Below, one piece after another: positions 1-7,603 of a stretch of 27,396 nucleotides of DNA (within the stretch, counting starts at the first letter, position 1; the number at the start of each line of letters is the position of its first letter). The notes under the pieces were generated by a model that was not told the DNA's origin, did not search any database, and saw nothing but the letters and a program-made list of their open reading frames with translations. The DNA lies in IMG/VR virus record IMGVR_UViG_3300033067_000188, positions 1 through 27,396 of that record; one strand, given 5' to 3'. Position numbers and translations under genes: made by a program. This DNA comes from a virus. Lineage: Duplodnaviria > Caudoviricetes.

Positions 1-45
1 CATGGATCGCATCAGGTCAAGTGCGTTACAATTGTGCAGAGTCAT
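1..45 (-). CDS. 5' fragment of a probable second DNA methyltransferase (runs off the window)
   Basis: The ATG at 45 overlaps the stop of 42..425 (ATGA). It reads MTLHNCNALDLMRSM, resembling the N-terminus of the MTase at 883..1617 (LLGDCFDLMRSI). Positions 8-20 are identical to 1562-1574. Only 15 codons are visible. Confidence 0.5.
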   Translation of the reverse strand, partial: MTLHNCNALDLMRSM

Positions 46-425
46 ACAGTCAACACCATGAGATACCAGACACCATCCGCAGGTGGCACGAGTGCAACAC
101 GCACCCATGCGGGGTCATGTTGAACCGTGCCGTCGCGGCAGACAACCGCATGGTCCGCACTGATGAGCATGTACCAGACACCCGGATTGACCGTCCGCAT
201 AAACTCCTGCACCTCATCCAGTGACCCCGGCAGACCGATCCAGCAAGGTGCCGCATCCAGCCAGTCAGACAGTCTCCGACGCAGCGTGTCACCGTCTGGT
301 CCGTCATGGGCAAAATGCGGCACATCGGCGGTGCGCTTGTCCAGCATGGAAGCCACACAGGCTCGGACGCAATCACCGTAGCTGTTGGGTGGATCGTGTT
401 TGACGAGGCAAATGTCGGGGGTCAA
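42..425 (-). CDS. Hypothetical protein, C39 peptidase-like (papain fold)
   Basis: GDCVRACVASML...HAVV...QHDP gives Cys/His/Asp in C39-like order and context. The TTG start overlaps the upstream stop. Confidence 0.55.
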   Translation of the reverse strand: MTPDICLVKHDPPNSYGDCVRACVASMLDKRTADVPHFAHDGPDGDTLRRRLSDWLDAAPCWIGLPGSLDEVQEFMRTVNPGVWYMLISADHAVVCRDGTVQHDPAWVRVALVPPADGVWYLMVLTV

Positions 426-886
426 AATATCCGCTCCTCAAGTTCGGCACAGTCTGCCCGACTGGCAAGGTTGTACACCGGAATATCATGTGCGCGGGCA
501 ATGCGAATCGTATGACCTGTCCCACCCGTGACAGCACCACCGGGAGTCCACGCTATGACAAATTCGACCGGGGTGGCAAGATCATACCCCAGCACAATCG
601 CACAGTTCCGAGCCAAGAACCGGCGCGCGTCATCGTCGCAATTGTGCCAACCGCCGTGGTATTGTTCGGCCATCTCGTACCATGCCGGATAGCGATGCGA
701 CTCAAGCGCCCAAATGATTTCTTTCTTCAGACCAGCATAATGCTGAAAATGCTTATCCGGCCCAACCGCACCGCCGCTGCGCAAGGTGTACCCTTTGAGC
801 CGCATCACGGTTGCATAGACTTTGATAAGGTCCAGCACATCGGACGGTGCTTTGCGGTTGCCGACACCTGCGTATAGACCGGTCAT
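422..886 (-). CDS. DprA/SLOG-like Rossmann-fold protein
   Basis: Motifs YAGVGNR, LRSGGAVGPD, ARNCAIVLG and GGTGHTIRIARAHDIPVYNL are typical of phage DprA-like proteins. The ATG at 886 makes an ATGA overlap with the MTase stop. Confidence 0.75.
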   Translation of the reverse strand: MTGLYAGVGNRKAPSDVLDLIKVYATVMRLKGYTLRSGGAVGPDKHFQHYAGLKKEIIWALESHRYPAWYEMAEQYHGGWHNCDDDARRFLARNCAIVLGYDLATPVEFVIAWTPGGAVTGGTGHTIRIARAHDIPVYNLASRADCAELEERIF

Positions 887-1617
887 AACAAACATTCCTT
901 CCAAAGCCGACCGACTGCCGGGTAGTAGTATTCGGGTTGCTTTTCCATGCAAATCCAGCACCGTCCAGTCCGTTCAGCAGCAACAGCAGTCGTGCCGGAA
1001 CCTGCACAATTATCAAGCACCAGATCACCGGGATTAGTGTAGGTGTTGATAAGGTACTCAAACAGCGCGACAGGTTTTTGGGTCGGGTGGATTGGGTCAT
1101 GTATATGAGGGAACTGGACGACAGACCGGGGGTAGCGAGAGCCGTCCGAAGAACCTTCTCGTTCGACACCGTAACTGCCATAGTTTCTGCCGTTTGATTT
1201 CCCTTTTGCCGGTTTGCGAGGTTTGTCACCTTCTGTTTTTTGCGGATTATAAACACATTGTTGACGATAAAAAACCAACACATTCTCATGTGCTTTCATT
1301 GGCTGCTTTTTTGCATTCAGATGACCAGTAGCCTTTGGTTTTTCCCAAATCCATTCGTACTTGAGTGCATCAATCTGTGATGCACCAAGCATCTTGTCAA
1401 ACGGTGGCTGTGCCGTCAAAACAACAGCCGCATTCGGTTTGCAAACTCGCCAATACTCTTTCCAAAGTTGCTCAAATGGTAAAACCGAATCCCATTTGTT
1501 TTGAGTCGTTCCATACGGCAGATCACATAAGACCATATCCACCGACCCGTCAGGGATTGACCGCATCAGGTCAAAGCAGTCACCCAATAGGAATTGTCCA
1601 TTGCCGATCCGACTCAC
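883..1617 (-). CDS. DNA amino-methyltransferase (N6-A/N4-C, beta class), orphan
   Basis: Catalytic DLPY precedes HPTQKP and the SAM-binding VLDNCAGSGTT. The GTG at 1617 overlaps the upstream stop (GTGA). Confidence 0.92.
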   Translation of the reverse strand: MSRIGNGQFLLGDCFDLMRSIPDGSVDMVLCDLPYGTTQNKWDSVLPFEQLWKEYWRVCKPNAAVVLTAQPPFDKMLGASQIDALKYEWIWEKPKATGHLNAKKQPMKAHENVLVFYRQQCVYNPQKTEGDKPRKPAKGKSNGRNYGSYGVEREGSSDGSRYPRSVVQFPHIHDPIHPTQKPVALFEYLINTYTNPGDLVLDNCAGSGTTAVAAERTGRCWICMEKQPEYYYPAVGRLWKECLL

Positions 1618-2213
1618 TTGAACCACCCCGGCACACGGGCCGCATTGTGCAAATCTTGCTGCTTGCGAATGTGGAACACTGCGAACCAATTACCGTCCAC
1701 AACATCATTGACCACGACAGGCTGCGACCAATCAATATAGTCCTGAAAAGCGATTCGACCGGACGGGGCTGTTTCGAGCAGCGCCTTCACACCGTCCAAT
1801 TCCAGATACATGCTGCCAGTTGTCTTTTTCGGCAGACTGGTCGGGATTTTAGAGCGCCACGCATCGACCCGGTTTTCAGTGTCGAGCCACAATCCAGCAT
1901 TCCCGCCATGCGTATAACCCATGCTGGATTTGCAGGAGGCATACTTCATGGCGGGAACTGCTGCGATATGCAGCTTGCTGTGATACGCCGACTCGGAGCG
2001 GCACACTTCGATCAACTGCGGATCAAGCGGAATATGTAGTACATCATGATTCGCGCAATCAATCTTCTCGACCACAATATAGAAGCGATTGGTGGCGATT
2101 GCATACCCACCCTCAAGCCTGATACTATTGCACCACGGGTCGTCAATCGGGTTGTATTTCAACAAATTGCTCAGGCGCGCAAAGGTTTCACAGGGTATCG
2201 TATGCTCAATCAT
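1614..2213 (-). CDS. Beta sliding clamp-like protein (short, about two domains)
   Basis: IPCETF..PWCNSIRLE..AIATNRFYIVV..AWRSKIP..QPVVV..NWFAVFHIR parallels DnaN features (YLNGV.FE, VATDGHRL, DY.RVIP, C-terminal YLIMP.R). GGAG RBS upstream. Confidence 0.5.
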   Translation of the reverse strand: MIEHTIPCETFARLSNLLKYNPIDDPWCNSIRLEGGYAIATNRFYIVVEKIDCANHDVLHIPLDPQLIEVCRSESAYHSKLHIAAVPAMKYASCKSSMGYTHGGNAGLWLDTENRVDAWRSKIPTSLPKKTTGSMYLELDGVKALLETAPSGRIAFQDYIDWSQPVVVNDVVDGNWFAVFHIRKQQDLHNAARVPGWFK

Positions 2214-2243
2214 GGATCGCTCCGATAAAATCTTACCATGTGG

Positions 2244-2271
2244 TCTATAAAGGGGCTTGCCGCTTGGTCAA
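2244..2271 (-). promoter_or_regulatory. Putative sigma70 promoter for the leftward operon
   Basis: TTGACC (2271-2266), 16-nt spacer, TATAGA (2249-2244). Confidence 0.45.
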
Positions 2272-2285
2272 GAGCGTTCTATCAA
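2257..2285 (+). promoter_or_regulatory. Putative sigma70 promoter for the replication operon, overlapping the divergent promoter
   Basis: TTGCCG, 17-nt spacer, TATCAA; GGAG RBS before the ATG at 2322. Confidence 0.45.
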
Positions 2286-2321
2286 CCTGACACCGATTAG
2301 CGGTTTTGGAGATTCGCAACA

Positions 2322-3104
2322 ATGAATATCACTCTCACCATCACGGGAAGTGCTGCCACTCTGGCGCGCGTCCTGTCCCTGTTGGACGGTCAGACAGCGG
2401 CGGTTGCCACTGCTGAGCCAGATGACCAGATCGAACTTCCACTCACAGTAGCACCCGTGCAGACTGTGGAAACCCCGGTCATGCCTGAAGTCAGTGCAGT
2501 CGCTCCGACTGTACCGGGTGAACCGGAGTTCGACAGCAGCGGTCTGGCATGGGATGAGCGTATTCACAGTGCACAGCGCGGCACGACCAATGACGGCAAG
2601 TGGCGCAAGCGGCGTAATGTGGACGATGCGGTGTACAATGCCGTGGAAGCGGAATTGCGCGCGCGATATGGTCAGCCCGCGCAGCTTGCACCCGTGGCTG
2701 CTGCGCCGGTTGCGCCTGTGACTGCACCCACCCCTGTCCAACCTGTCCCGGTCATGCCGATGCCGGTTGTCAACGATGACGATGAGGGAAACGACCAGAA
2801 CTACGAGTATGTCGCCACGGCACCCGTGGTGGCCGATGCCGTCAATGTAGCAAGTGAGCCGACTCCCGTCCCGGTCGCTGCACCCGCACCGACACCGGCA
2901 CAGACGGTCGATTTCCATACCGTGATGGGGATTGTCGGAACGCGCATGGCGAATAACACGATGAACCCGGACTATCTGGTTGGGTTGGTCGCTGAGATCA
3001 ACGGCCAGCTTGGGACACAGATGCAGTCGTTCACCGACATGGCCGCTCTACCCCATGCGGTGCAGTATGCCTATTCCGCAATGGTCCGTGACGGGAAAGC
3101 CTGA
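2322..3104 (+). CDS. Pro/Ala/Val-rich multi-module protein with a WDERIH domain and a clamp-binding-like motif
   Basis: Has an RBS. A compact block DSSGLAWDERIHS...DGKWRKRR...YNAVEAEL sits between disordered linkers, and QIELPL is at 2427-2444. Lies directly upstream of the exonuclease and SSB genes. Confidence 0.8.
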   Translation: MNITLTITGSAATLARVLSLLDGQTAAVATAEPDDQIELPLTVAPVQTVETPVMPEVSAVAPTVPGEPEFDSSGLAWDERIHSAQRGTTNDGKWRKRRNVDDAVYNAVEAELRARYGQPAQLAPVAAAPVAPVTAPTPVQPVPVMPMPVVNDDDEGNDQNYEYVATAPVVADAVNVASEPTPVPVAAPAPTPAQTVDFHTVMGIVGTRMANNTMNPDYLVGLVAEINGQLGTQMQSFTDMAALPHAVQYAYSAMVRDGKA

Positions 3105-3106
3105 CA

Positions 3107-4189
3107 ATGATTGTAACCGATGCAACAACCCTGCCGCGTTTGATGCAGTGCATCGGTTCGCGGTTGGTGGAGCGAGCGCCGATTCTGCCAGACACCGACA
3201 CAACGCTGCGAGATGAAGGGAATGCGGCGCACTGGTTGGCCCAAGAGATTGCCGAGGGTCGGCTAGATCGCAGCAATTGTGTCGGTGTTACCGCATATAA
3301 CGGTGTGTTTGTCGGTGTGGACATGGTGGCTCATGTCTGTGCATATCTGGACAGGTTGCTACCGGGCGAATTTGAAACAGTGACAAGTTGGGGCGACCCT
3401 GACCGGTTCCAGATCAATGGACGAGCGGACCACATTGGTCACTCGGAGGCTGTGATGGAGGTCACTGACTTCAAATACGGCTACCGACCGGTTGAACCGG
3501 GTGACAATTGGACACTTATCAGTCACGCGGTCGGCTACGTTTTGCTGACTGGTCTGGTTCCACAGCAGGTCAGGCTCACCATTGTCCAACCCCGCGCACA
3601 TCATCCGCTCGGTACAACCCGCAGCGTGACGTTCGACTATGACAAACTGCTGCACTATCACGCCCGGATCACGGCCCACCTGTCCAACCCGACAGAAATG
3701 CTCGCAACCGGGCCGAACTGCCGCAAGTGTCCCGCTCTGGCATACTGCCCTGCCAATGCGTCCGCATCTTACAATGCGGTCGATGTTGTACTTGACAGCG
3801 TGTTCAGCGATGTGCTGGATGACGAGGCTCTTAGTCAGCAATATACCACAATGGTTCATGCTGCTGATGTGATTGAACAACGGGTAAAGGCGCTGAAGGA
3901 ACTGATGCAGCACCGCATTGAAACCGGTCGGGTCATGCCGGGTTACACTCTGGATCGCCAAAAAGGCCAGACCAGAATCAAGAAAGGGATCACGCTTGAC
4001 CACATCAACGCTTTGACGGGCCGCGATATGACCAAGCGAGCAATACCTAGCATTACCGAATTGAAAAATGCAGGCATTGCACAACTTGTGATTGATGCTA
4101 TCACCGAACGTCCAGATACCGCGCCGCGACTCGTTCGGATTGATCCAGATGCGGCGGCGCGCAAATTGCTTAACAGCGGAGTTAAATAA
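3107..4189 (+). CDS. Cas4-like PD-(D/E)XK exonuclease (DUF2800-like)
   Basis: GNAAH, GRAD...DFKYG and IVQPR motifs. An N-terminal Cys plus CxxCxxxxxC suggests Fe-S ligands. Confidence 0.85.
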   Translation: MIVTDATTLPRLMQCIGSRLVERAPILPDTDTTLRDEGNAAHWLAQEIAEGRLDRSNCVGVTAYNGVFVGVDMVAHVCAYLDRLLPGEFETVTSWGDPDRFQINGRADHIGHSEAVMEVTDFKYGYRPVEPGDNWTLISHAVGYVLLTGLVPQQVRLTIVQPRAHHPLGTTRSVTFDYDKLLHYHARITAHLSNPTEMLATGPNCRKCPALAYCPANASASYNAVDVVLDSVFSDVLDDEALSQQYTTMVHAADVIEQRVKALKELMQHRIETGRVMPGYTLDRQKGQTRIKKGITLDHINALTGRDMTKRAIPSITELKNAGIAQLVIDAITERPDTAPRLVRIDPDAAARKLLNSGVK

Positions 4190-4191
4190 CA

Positions 4192-5073
4192 ATGGCTATT
4201 GAAATTCACACCGGTTTGGTTCCGGGTCGGATTGTATGGGGTCATCCCGCCAAGTCCAAGCCAAAGACGCAGAAGAACCCGCAGACTGGCGGCAATGAAG
4301 TGGTCATCAAGGACGGTCATCCGGTCCAGCAGTGGTCATTTGGGGTCGCTTTTCCCAAGGATCATTTTCAGTCAGTGATCTGGCCTGCAATGGCTCAGGA
4401 AGCTGCCACCGGCTATCCGAACGGCGTTCCGCGCAACTTCTCGTGGAAGTACGTGGACGGTGACAGTGTTGACAATCGTGGTCAGCCCTATTCGCTGCGT
4501 GACGGCTATGCAGGCTGTATCGTCCTTGCCATCTCGACCGAAGCGTTCGCACCGCCCGTGTATAAGCAGCAGAACGGCGCATACGTGCAGGTTCCGCCCG
4601 AAGGCATCAAGTGCGGCGACTATGTTGCATTGGCACTCACCCTCAAGTGCAATGTCCCTGCCAATGCAACGCACACACCGGGTCTGTATATCAACCCGCA
4701 GGCGCTTGAACTGGTCGCCTACGGGGCGGAGATTGTCGGTCAGGGTGGTGTGGACCCGAACGCTGTGTTCGGTGGTAAGCAGTATCAGTTGCCCGCTGGT
4801 GCGACGACTGAGCCGCAAGTGACGATGGGCAATGCGGCAATGCCGGGAACTGGCACGATGCCCGGTATGGCAGCACCGGCAGGGATGCCCGGTATGGCAG
4901 CACCGGCAGGGATGCCCGGTATGGCAGCACCGGCAATGGGGCAAATGCCTGCACCGGCCCATGACTTTGTGAACGGTGCGCCCGGTCAGATGCCCGGTAT
5001 GGCACCGGCAGGGATGCCGGGGCAGATGCCCGGTATGCCGGGTCAGATGCCGGGACAGATGCCGGGGCGATAA
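4192..5073 (+). CDS. Single-stranded DNA-binding protein (DUF2815-like) with an M/P/G-rich tail
   Basis: PGRIVWG, VDGDS, GYAGC, IKCGDYV and PGLYINP motifs. Lies between the exonuclease and polymerase genes. Confidence 0.75.
   Translation: MAIEIHTGLVPGRIVWGHPAKSKPKTQKNPQTGGNEVVIKDGHPVQQWSFGVAFPKDHFQSVIWPAMAQEAATGYPNGVPRNFSWKYVDGDSVDNRGQPYSLRDGYAGCIVLAISTEAFAPPVYKQQNGAYVQVPPEGIKCGDYVALALTLKCNVPANATHTPGLYINPQALELVAYGAEIVGQGGVDPNAVFGGKQYQLPAGATTEPQVTMGNAAMPGTGTMPGMAAPAGMPGMAAPAGMPGMAAPAMGQMPAPAHDFVNGAPGQMPGMAPAGMPGQMPGMPGQMPGQMPGR
4857..4935 (+). repeat. 27-bp tandem repeat, about 2.9 copies (MPGMAAPAG)
   Basis: GATGCCCGGTATGGCAGCACCGGCAGG starts at 4857, 4884 and (partial) 4911. Further MPGQ/MPGM units continue to 5070. 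Confidence 0.95.
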
Positions 5074-5080
5074 TACCTGC

Positions 5081-5119
5081 CAGCGGTGCGGTGCGCTTCA
5101 CGGCGCACCGTGTCCGTTG
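5081..5119 (+). terminator. GC-rich hairpin after the SSB gene (terminator or 3' stabiliser)
   Basis: CAGCGG-TGCGGTGCGC / GCGCACCGTG-T-CCGTTG with loop TTCACG. There is no U-tract. Confidence 0.45.
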
Positions 5120-5145
5120 AATAACTGGCTCAACGACTGTATTAA
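5117..5145 (+). promoter_or_regulatory. Putative sigma70 promoter upstream of the structured RNA and polymerase
   Basis: TTGAAT, 17-nt spacer, TATTAA, within an AT-rich patch. Confidence 0.55.
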
Positions 5146-5151
5146 ATTTTA

Positions 5152-5287
5152 AGTTACCCCACCTGCCTCCTTTCCCCACTCGACAGCAGCGGCGGGTGCG
5201 AAGGTGGACCAGCCGACACGGTTTCGAGCGTTCGCAGGATCGGGGTGTCATAGTAGGGCGCGAATGGTCCACAACGCTGTATTTTTT
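5152..5287 (+). ncRNA. Candidate structured RNA (sRNA or polymerase 5' leader)
   Basis: Stems at 5160-5167/5191-5198, 5204-5211/5265-5272 and 5215-5219/5245-5249. Contains CCTCCTTTCCCC and ends in a T-tract at 5282-5287. Confidence 0.4.
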
Positions 5288-5298
5288 GGAGTGATGCT

Positions 5299-7320
5299 GT
5301 GAACCTTGAGAACGCCGTTGTTTACGACCTTGAATCGTTTCCCAACTTTTTTTCGCTCAATGCAGTGGCTCTCAATTCCGATGCGGACGTTACGTTTGTA
5401 ATTGCTCCGTGGCGCGACGACAGCGCCGAACTCGTCCAATGGTTGCGCTGGTTTGAACAGACGCAGACACCGATGATCGGGTTTAACAATGTCGGCTATG
5501 ACTATCCGATGTTGCACCACTTCTATTGTAACCCAACGACCGGTTTTGCCGGTCTGTACGAGAAGAACCAATCCATCATTTTTGGTAATGATCGGTTCGC
5601 GCATACCGTGTGGGCCAGTGATCGGTTTGCACCACAGATCGACTTGTTCAAAATTAACCATTTTGACAATAAAGCCAAATCGACCAGCCTGAAGGCGTTG
5701 CAGTTTGCAATGCGGTCGGCGTCGATTGTTGAGTCAGAAGTCCCGTTTGGTCAACCTATCACACAGCAACAAGCAGACCAGATCGTCATCCCGTACAACA
5801 AGCATGACACTGGGCAGACCAAGCAATTCGCCCATGTGTGCAAGTCCGCTCTGGATTTCCGCATTGGCATGATCGACCAGTTCGGCGTTGATGTGATGAA
5901 CTGGAACGATACCAAGATCGGTGAGGAGATGCTCATCAAACGTATCGGATCGGACATTTGCTACCGGCGTGGCCCGACTGGTCGGCGTGAGAAGCGCCAG
6001 ACGGTGCGCAATCAGATCGCACTGTCCGAAATCATCTTTCCCTATGTCCGGTTCCACCATCCCGAATTTAACCGGGTGCTGGACTATCTGAAGCAGCAGA
6101 CGCTTACCCCGGACGAGTTTAATGGATCGGATCGGATCGTAACCAAGGGTGTGTTCAACAACCTGAAGGCCACGATTGACGGGTTTGACTTCTGCTACGG
6201 GCTTGGCGGGATTCATGGATCGCGCCACCGTGAGAAGATTATCGCCACGGACGAGTGGCTCATCCGTGATATTGACGTTGCCTCGCTGTATCCGTCTATC
6301 GGGATCGTCAATCGCATGGCACCGGAACATCTTGGTGAGGCTTTCACAGCGGCATATTCAACCATCCCGACCGAACGCAAGGAATGGCAACAGCGCAAAG
6401 GCAAGAAATGCCAAGAGGCTAACAGTCTGAAACTCGCTGCGAACGGTGCGTATGGTAAAACCAATGACCAGTTCAGCGTGTTGCTCGACGCGCGCTATAC
6501 CATGCAGGTGACTGTCAATGGGCAATTGCTATTGAGTATGCTTGCTGAATGGCTGCTGGCTGTGCCAACACTGCGCATGATCCAGATTAACACTGATGGT
6601 ATCACGTATTATATTCACCGTGACCACTTGGAGCAAGCGAAGCAAATTGAAAAGCAATGGGAGCAATACACCCTATTGGTGTTGGAAGATGCTTCGTATT
6701 CTCGAATGTGGATTCGGGACGTTGGTAGCTATGTTGCCGAGTCACCGGATGGATCGCTCAAGATGAAGGGTGCATACTGGCATCCCGACCCAATGCGCTA
6801 CCATGACAGCATCAACGAGCAGCAGCCGTCCGCATGGCACAAGGATCATTCCTGCTATGTGGTCCAGCGAGCCGCAGTGGCCGCTATAGTTCACGGGATC
6901 GACCCGGCAACCTACGTCAATGCTCACACGGACCCGTTCGACTTCATGCTGCGCGCCAAATGCGGTAGAGCGGACCAGATGCTATGGGGTGACGAGCAGC
7001 AACAGCGTATCACCCGGTACTACATCGCCAAGGATGGGAAGCCGCTGGCTATCATGCGCCCACCGAGCGGCCCTGAGGGGGCGTACAAGCGCAAGAACGG
7101 CTTGACCGACCACGAGTATCATTCAGTGCTGTCAACGCTCCCTGAGGGGCAATGGGACGCTCGCATCCACACCGGCAACCGCAGCCGCTATGAGACGCGC
7201 CGCACGGCGGTCCAAGCCGGTCACACCGTGGCAATCTGCAACAATGCTGACGAGTTCGATTGGTCCAACCTGAATCGGGATTGGTATATCAACGAAGCGC
7301 GCAAGCTGATTATTGACTGA
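5299..7320 (+). CDS. Family B DNA polymerase with 3'-5' exonuclease domain
   Basis: Exonuclease motifs YDLE, FNNVGYD and YNKHD; polymerase motifs DIDVASLYP, KLAANGAYGK and NTDG. GTG start with GGAG RBS. Confidence 0.93.
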   Translation: MNLENAVVYDLESFPNFFSLNAVALNSDADVTFVIAPWRDDSAELVQWLRWFEQTQTPMIGFNNVGYDYPMLHHFYCNPTTGFAGLYEKNQSIIFGNDRFAHTVWASDRFAPQIDLFKINHFDNKAKSTSLKALQFAMRSASIVESEVPFGQPITQQQADQIVIPYNKHDTGQTKQFAHVCKSALDFRIGMIDQFGVDVMNWNDTKIGEEMLIKRIGSDICYRRGPTGRREKRQTVRNQIALSEIIFPYVRFHHPEFNRVLDYLKQQTLTPDEFNGSDRIVTKGVFNNLKATIDGFDFCYGLGGIHGSRHREKIIATDEWLIRDIDVASLYPSIGIVNRMAPEHLGEAFTAAYSTIPTERKEWQQRKGKKCQEANSLKLAANGAYGKTNDQFSVLLDARYTMQVTVNGQLLLSMLAEWLLAVPTLRMIQINTDGITYYIHRDHLEQAKQIEKQWEQYTLLVLEDASYSRMWIRDVGSYVAESPDGSLKMKGAYWHPDPMRYHDSINEQQPSAWHKDHSCYVVQRAAVAAIVHGIDPATYVNAHTDPFDFMLRAKCGRADQMLWGDEQQQRITRYYIAKDGKPLAIMRPPSGPEGAYKRKNGLTDHEYHSVLSTLPEGQWDARIHTGNRSRYETRRTAVQAGHTVAICNNADEFDWSNLNRDWYINEARKLIID

Positions 7321-7603
7321 CCGACTCAACCGTCCGAATGTGTCGGCGCGCACAGTCACCGTACAAGGCGATCAGGGTTGCCTCCCAAATCGTGCGCGCC
7401 GGATCAATCAGCGGGGACGGTGGCTGGGGTAGCGGTGGGCAAGGTGCTGCCAGATTTGCCGGAAGCGTCGGTGTTTGCGCTGGTGACGGCTTCGACGAGC
7501 AACCCGCGCACATCATCAGGAACAGCGCAATCAGCAGGAATGATGCGATCTTTGTAAATCGTGTTGATGCGATCCACCCGCGCAGTGTGTTGCTGTTGCC
7601 CAT
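7310..7603 (-). CDS. Outer-membrane spanin (Rz1-like lipoprotein); start uncertain
   Basis: Hydrophobic FLLIALFLMM, lipobox CAGC, then a Pro-rich segment with two further Cys. Overlaps the i-spanin in another frame. Confidence 0.7.
   Translation of the reverse strand: MGNSNTLRGWIASTRFTKIASFLLIALFLMMCAGCSSKPSPAQTPTLPANLAAPCPPLPQPPSPLIDPARTIWEATLIALYGDCARRHIRTVESVSQ

Noticed and set aside
1-2220. 10-bp match CATGGATCGC at 1-10 and 2211-2220
   Set aside because: It is too short, cut by the window edge, and plausible by chance.
3359-4962. Minus-strand ORFs of 277 aa and 196 aa, one with CRCCHTGHP repeats
   Set aside because: They are antisense to the exonuclease and SSB genes, and the Cys/His repeat is just the reverse reading of the MPG repeat.
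4857-5070. Tandem repeats near a Cas4-like gene, considered as a mini-CRISPR array
   Set aside because: The repeats are contiguous, in frame and coding, with no unique spacers.
5152-5173. Strong minus-strand SD-like AAAGGAGG
   Set aside because: It is followed only by GTG GGG TAA at poor spacing. It is better explained as a plus-strand anti-SD sequence.
5152-5287. tRNA, hammerhead ribozyme or known riboswitch
   Set aside because: There is no cloverleaf, no CUGAnGA/GAAA core and no aptamer consensus I recognise. It is kept only as an unclassified structured RNA.
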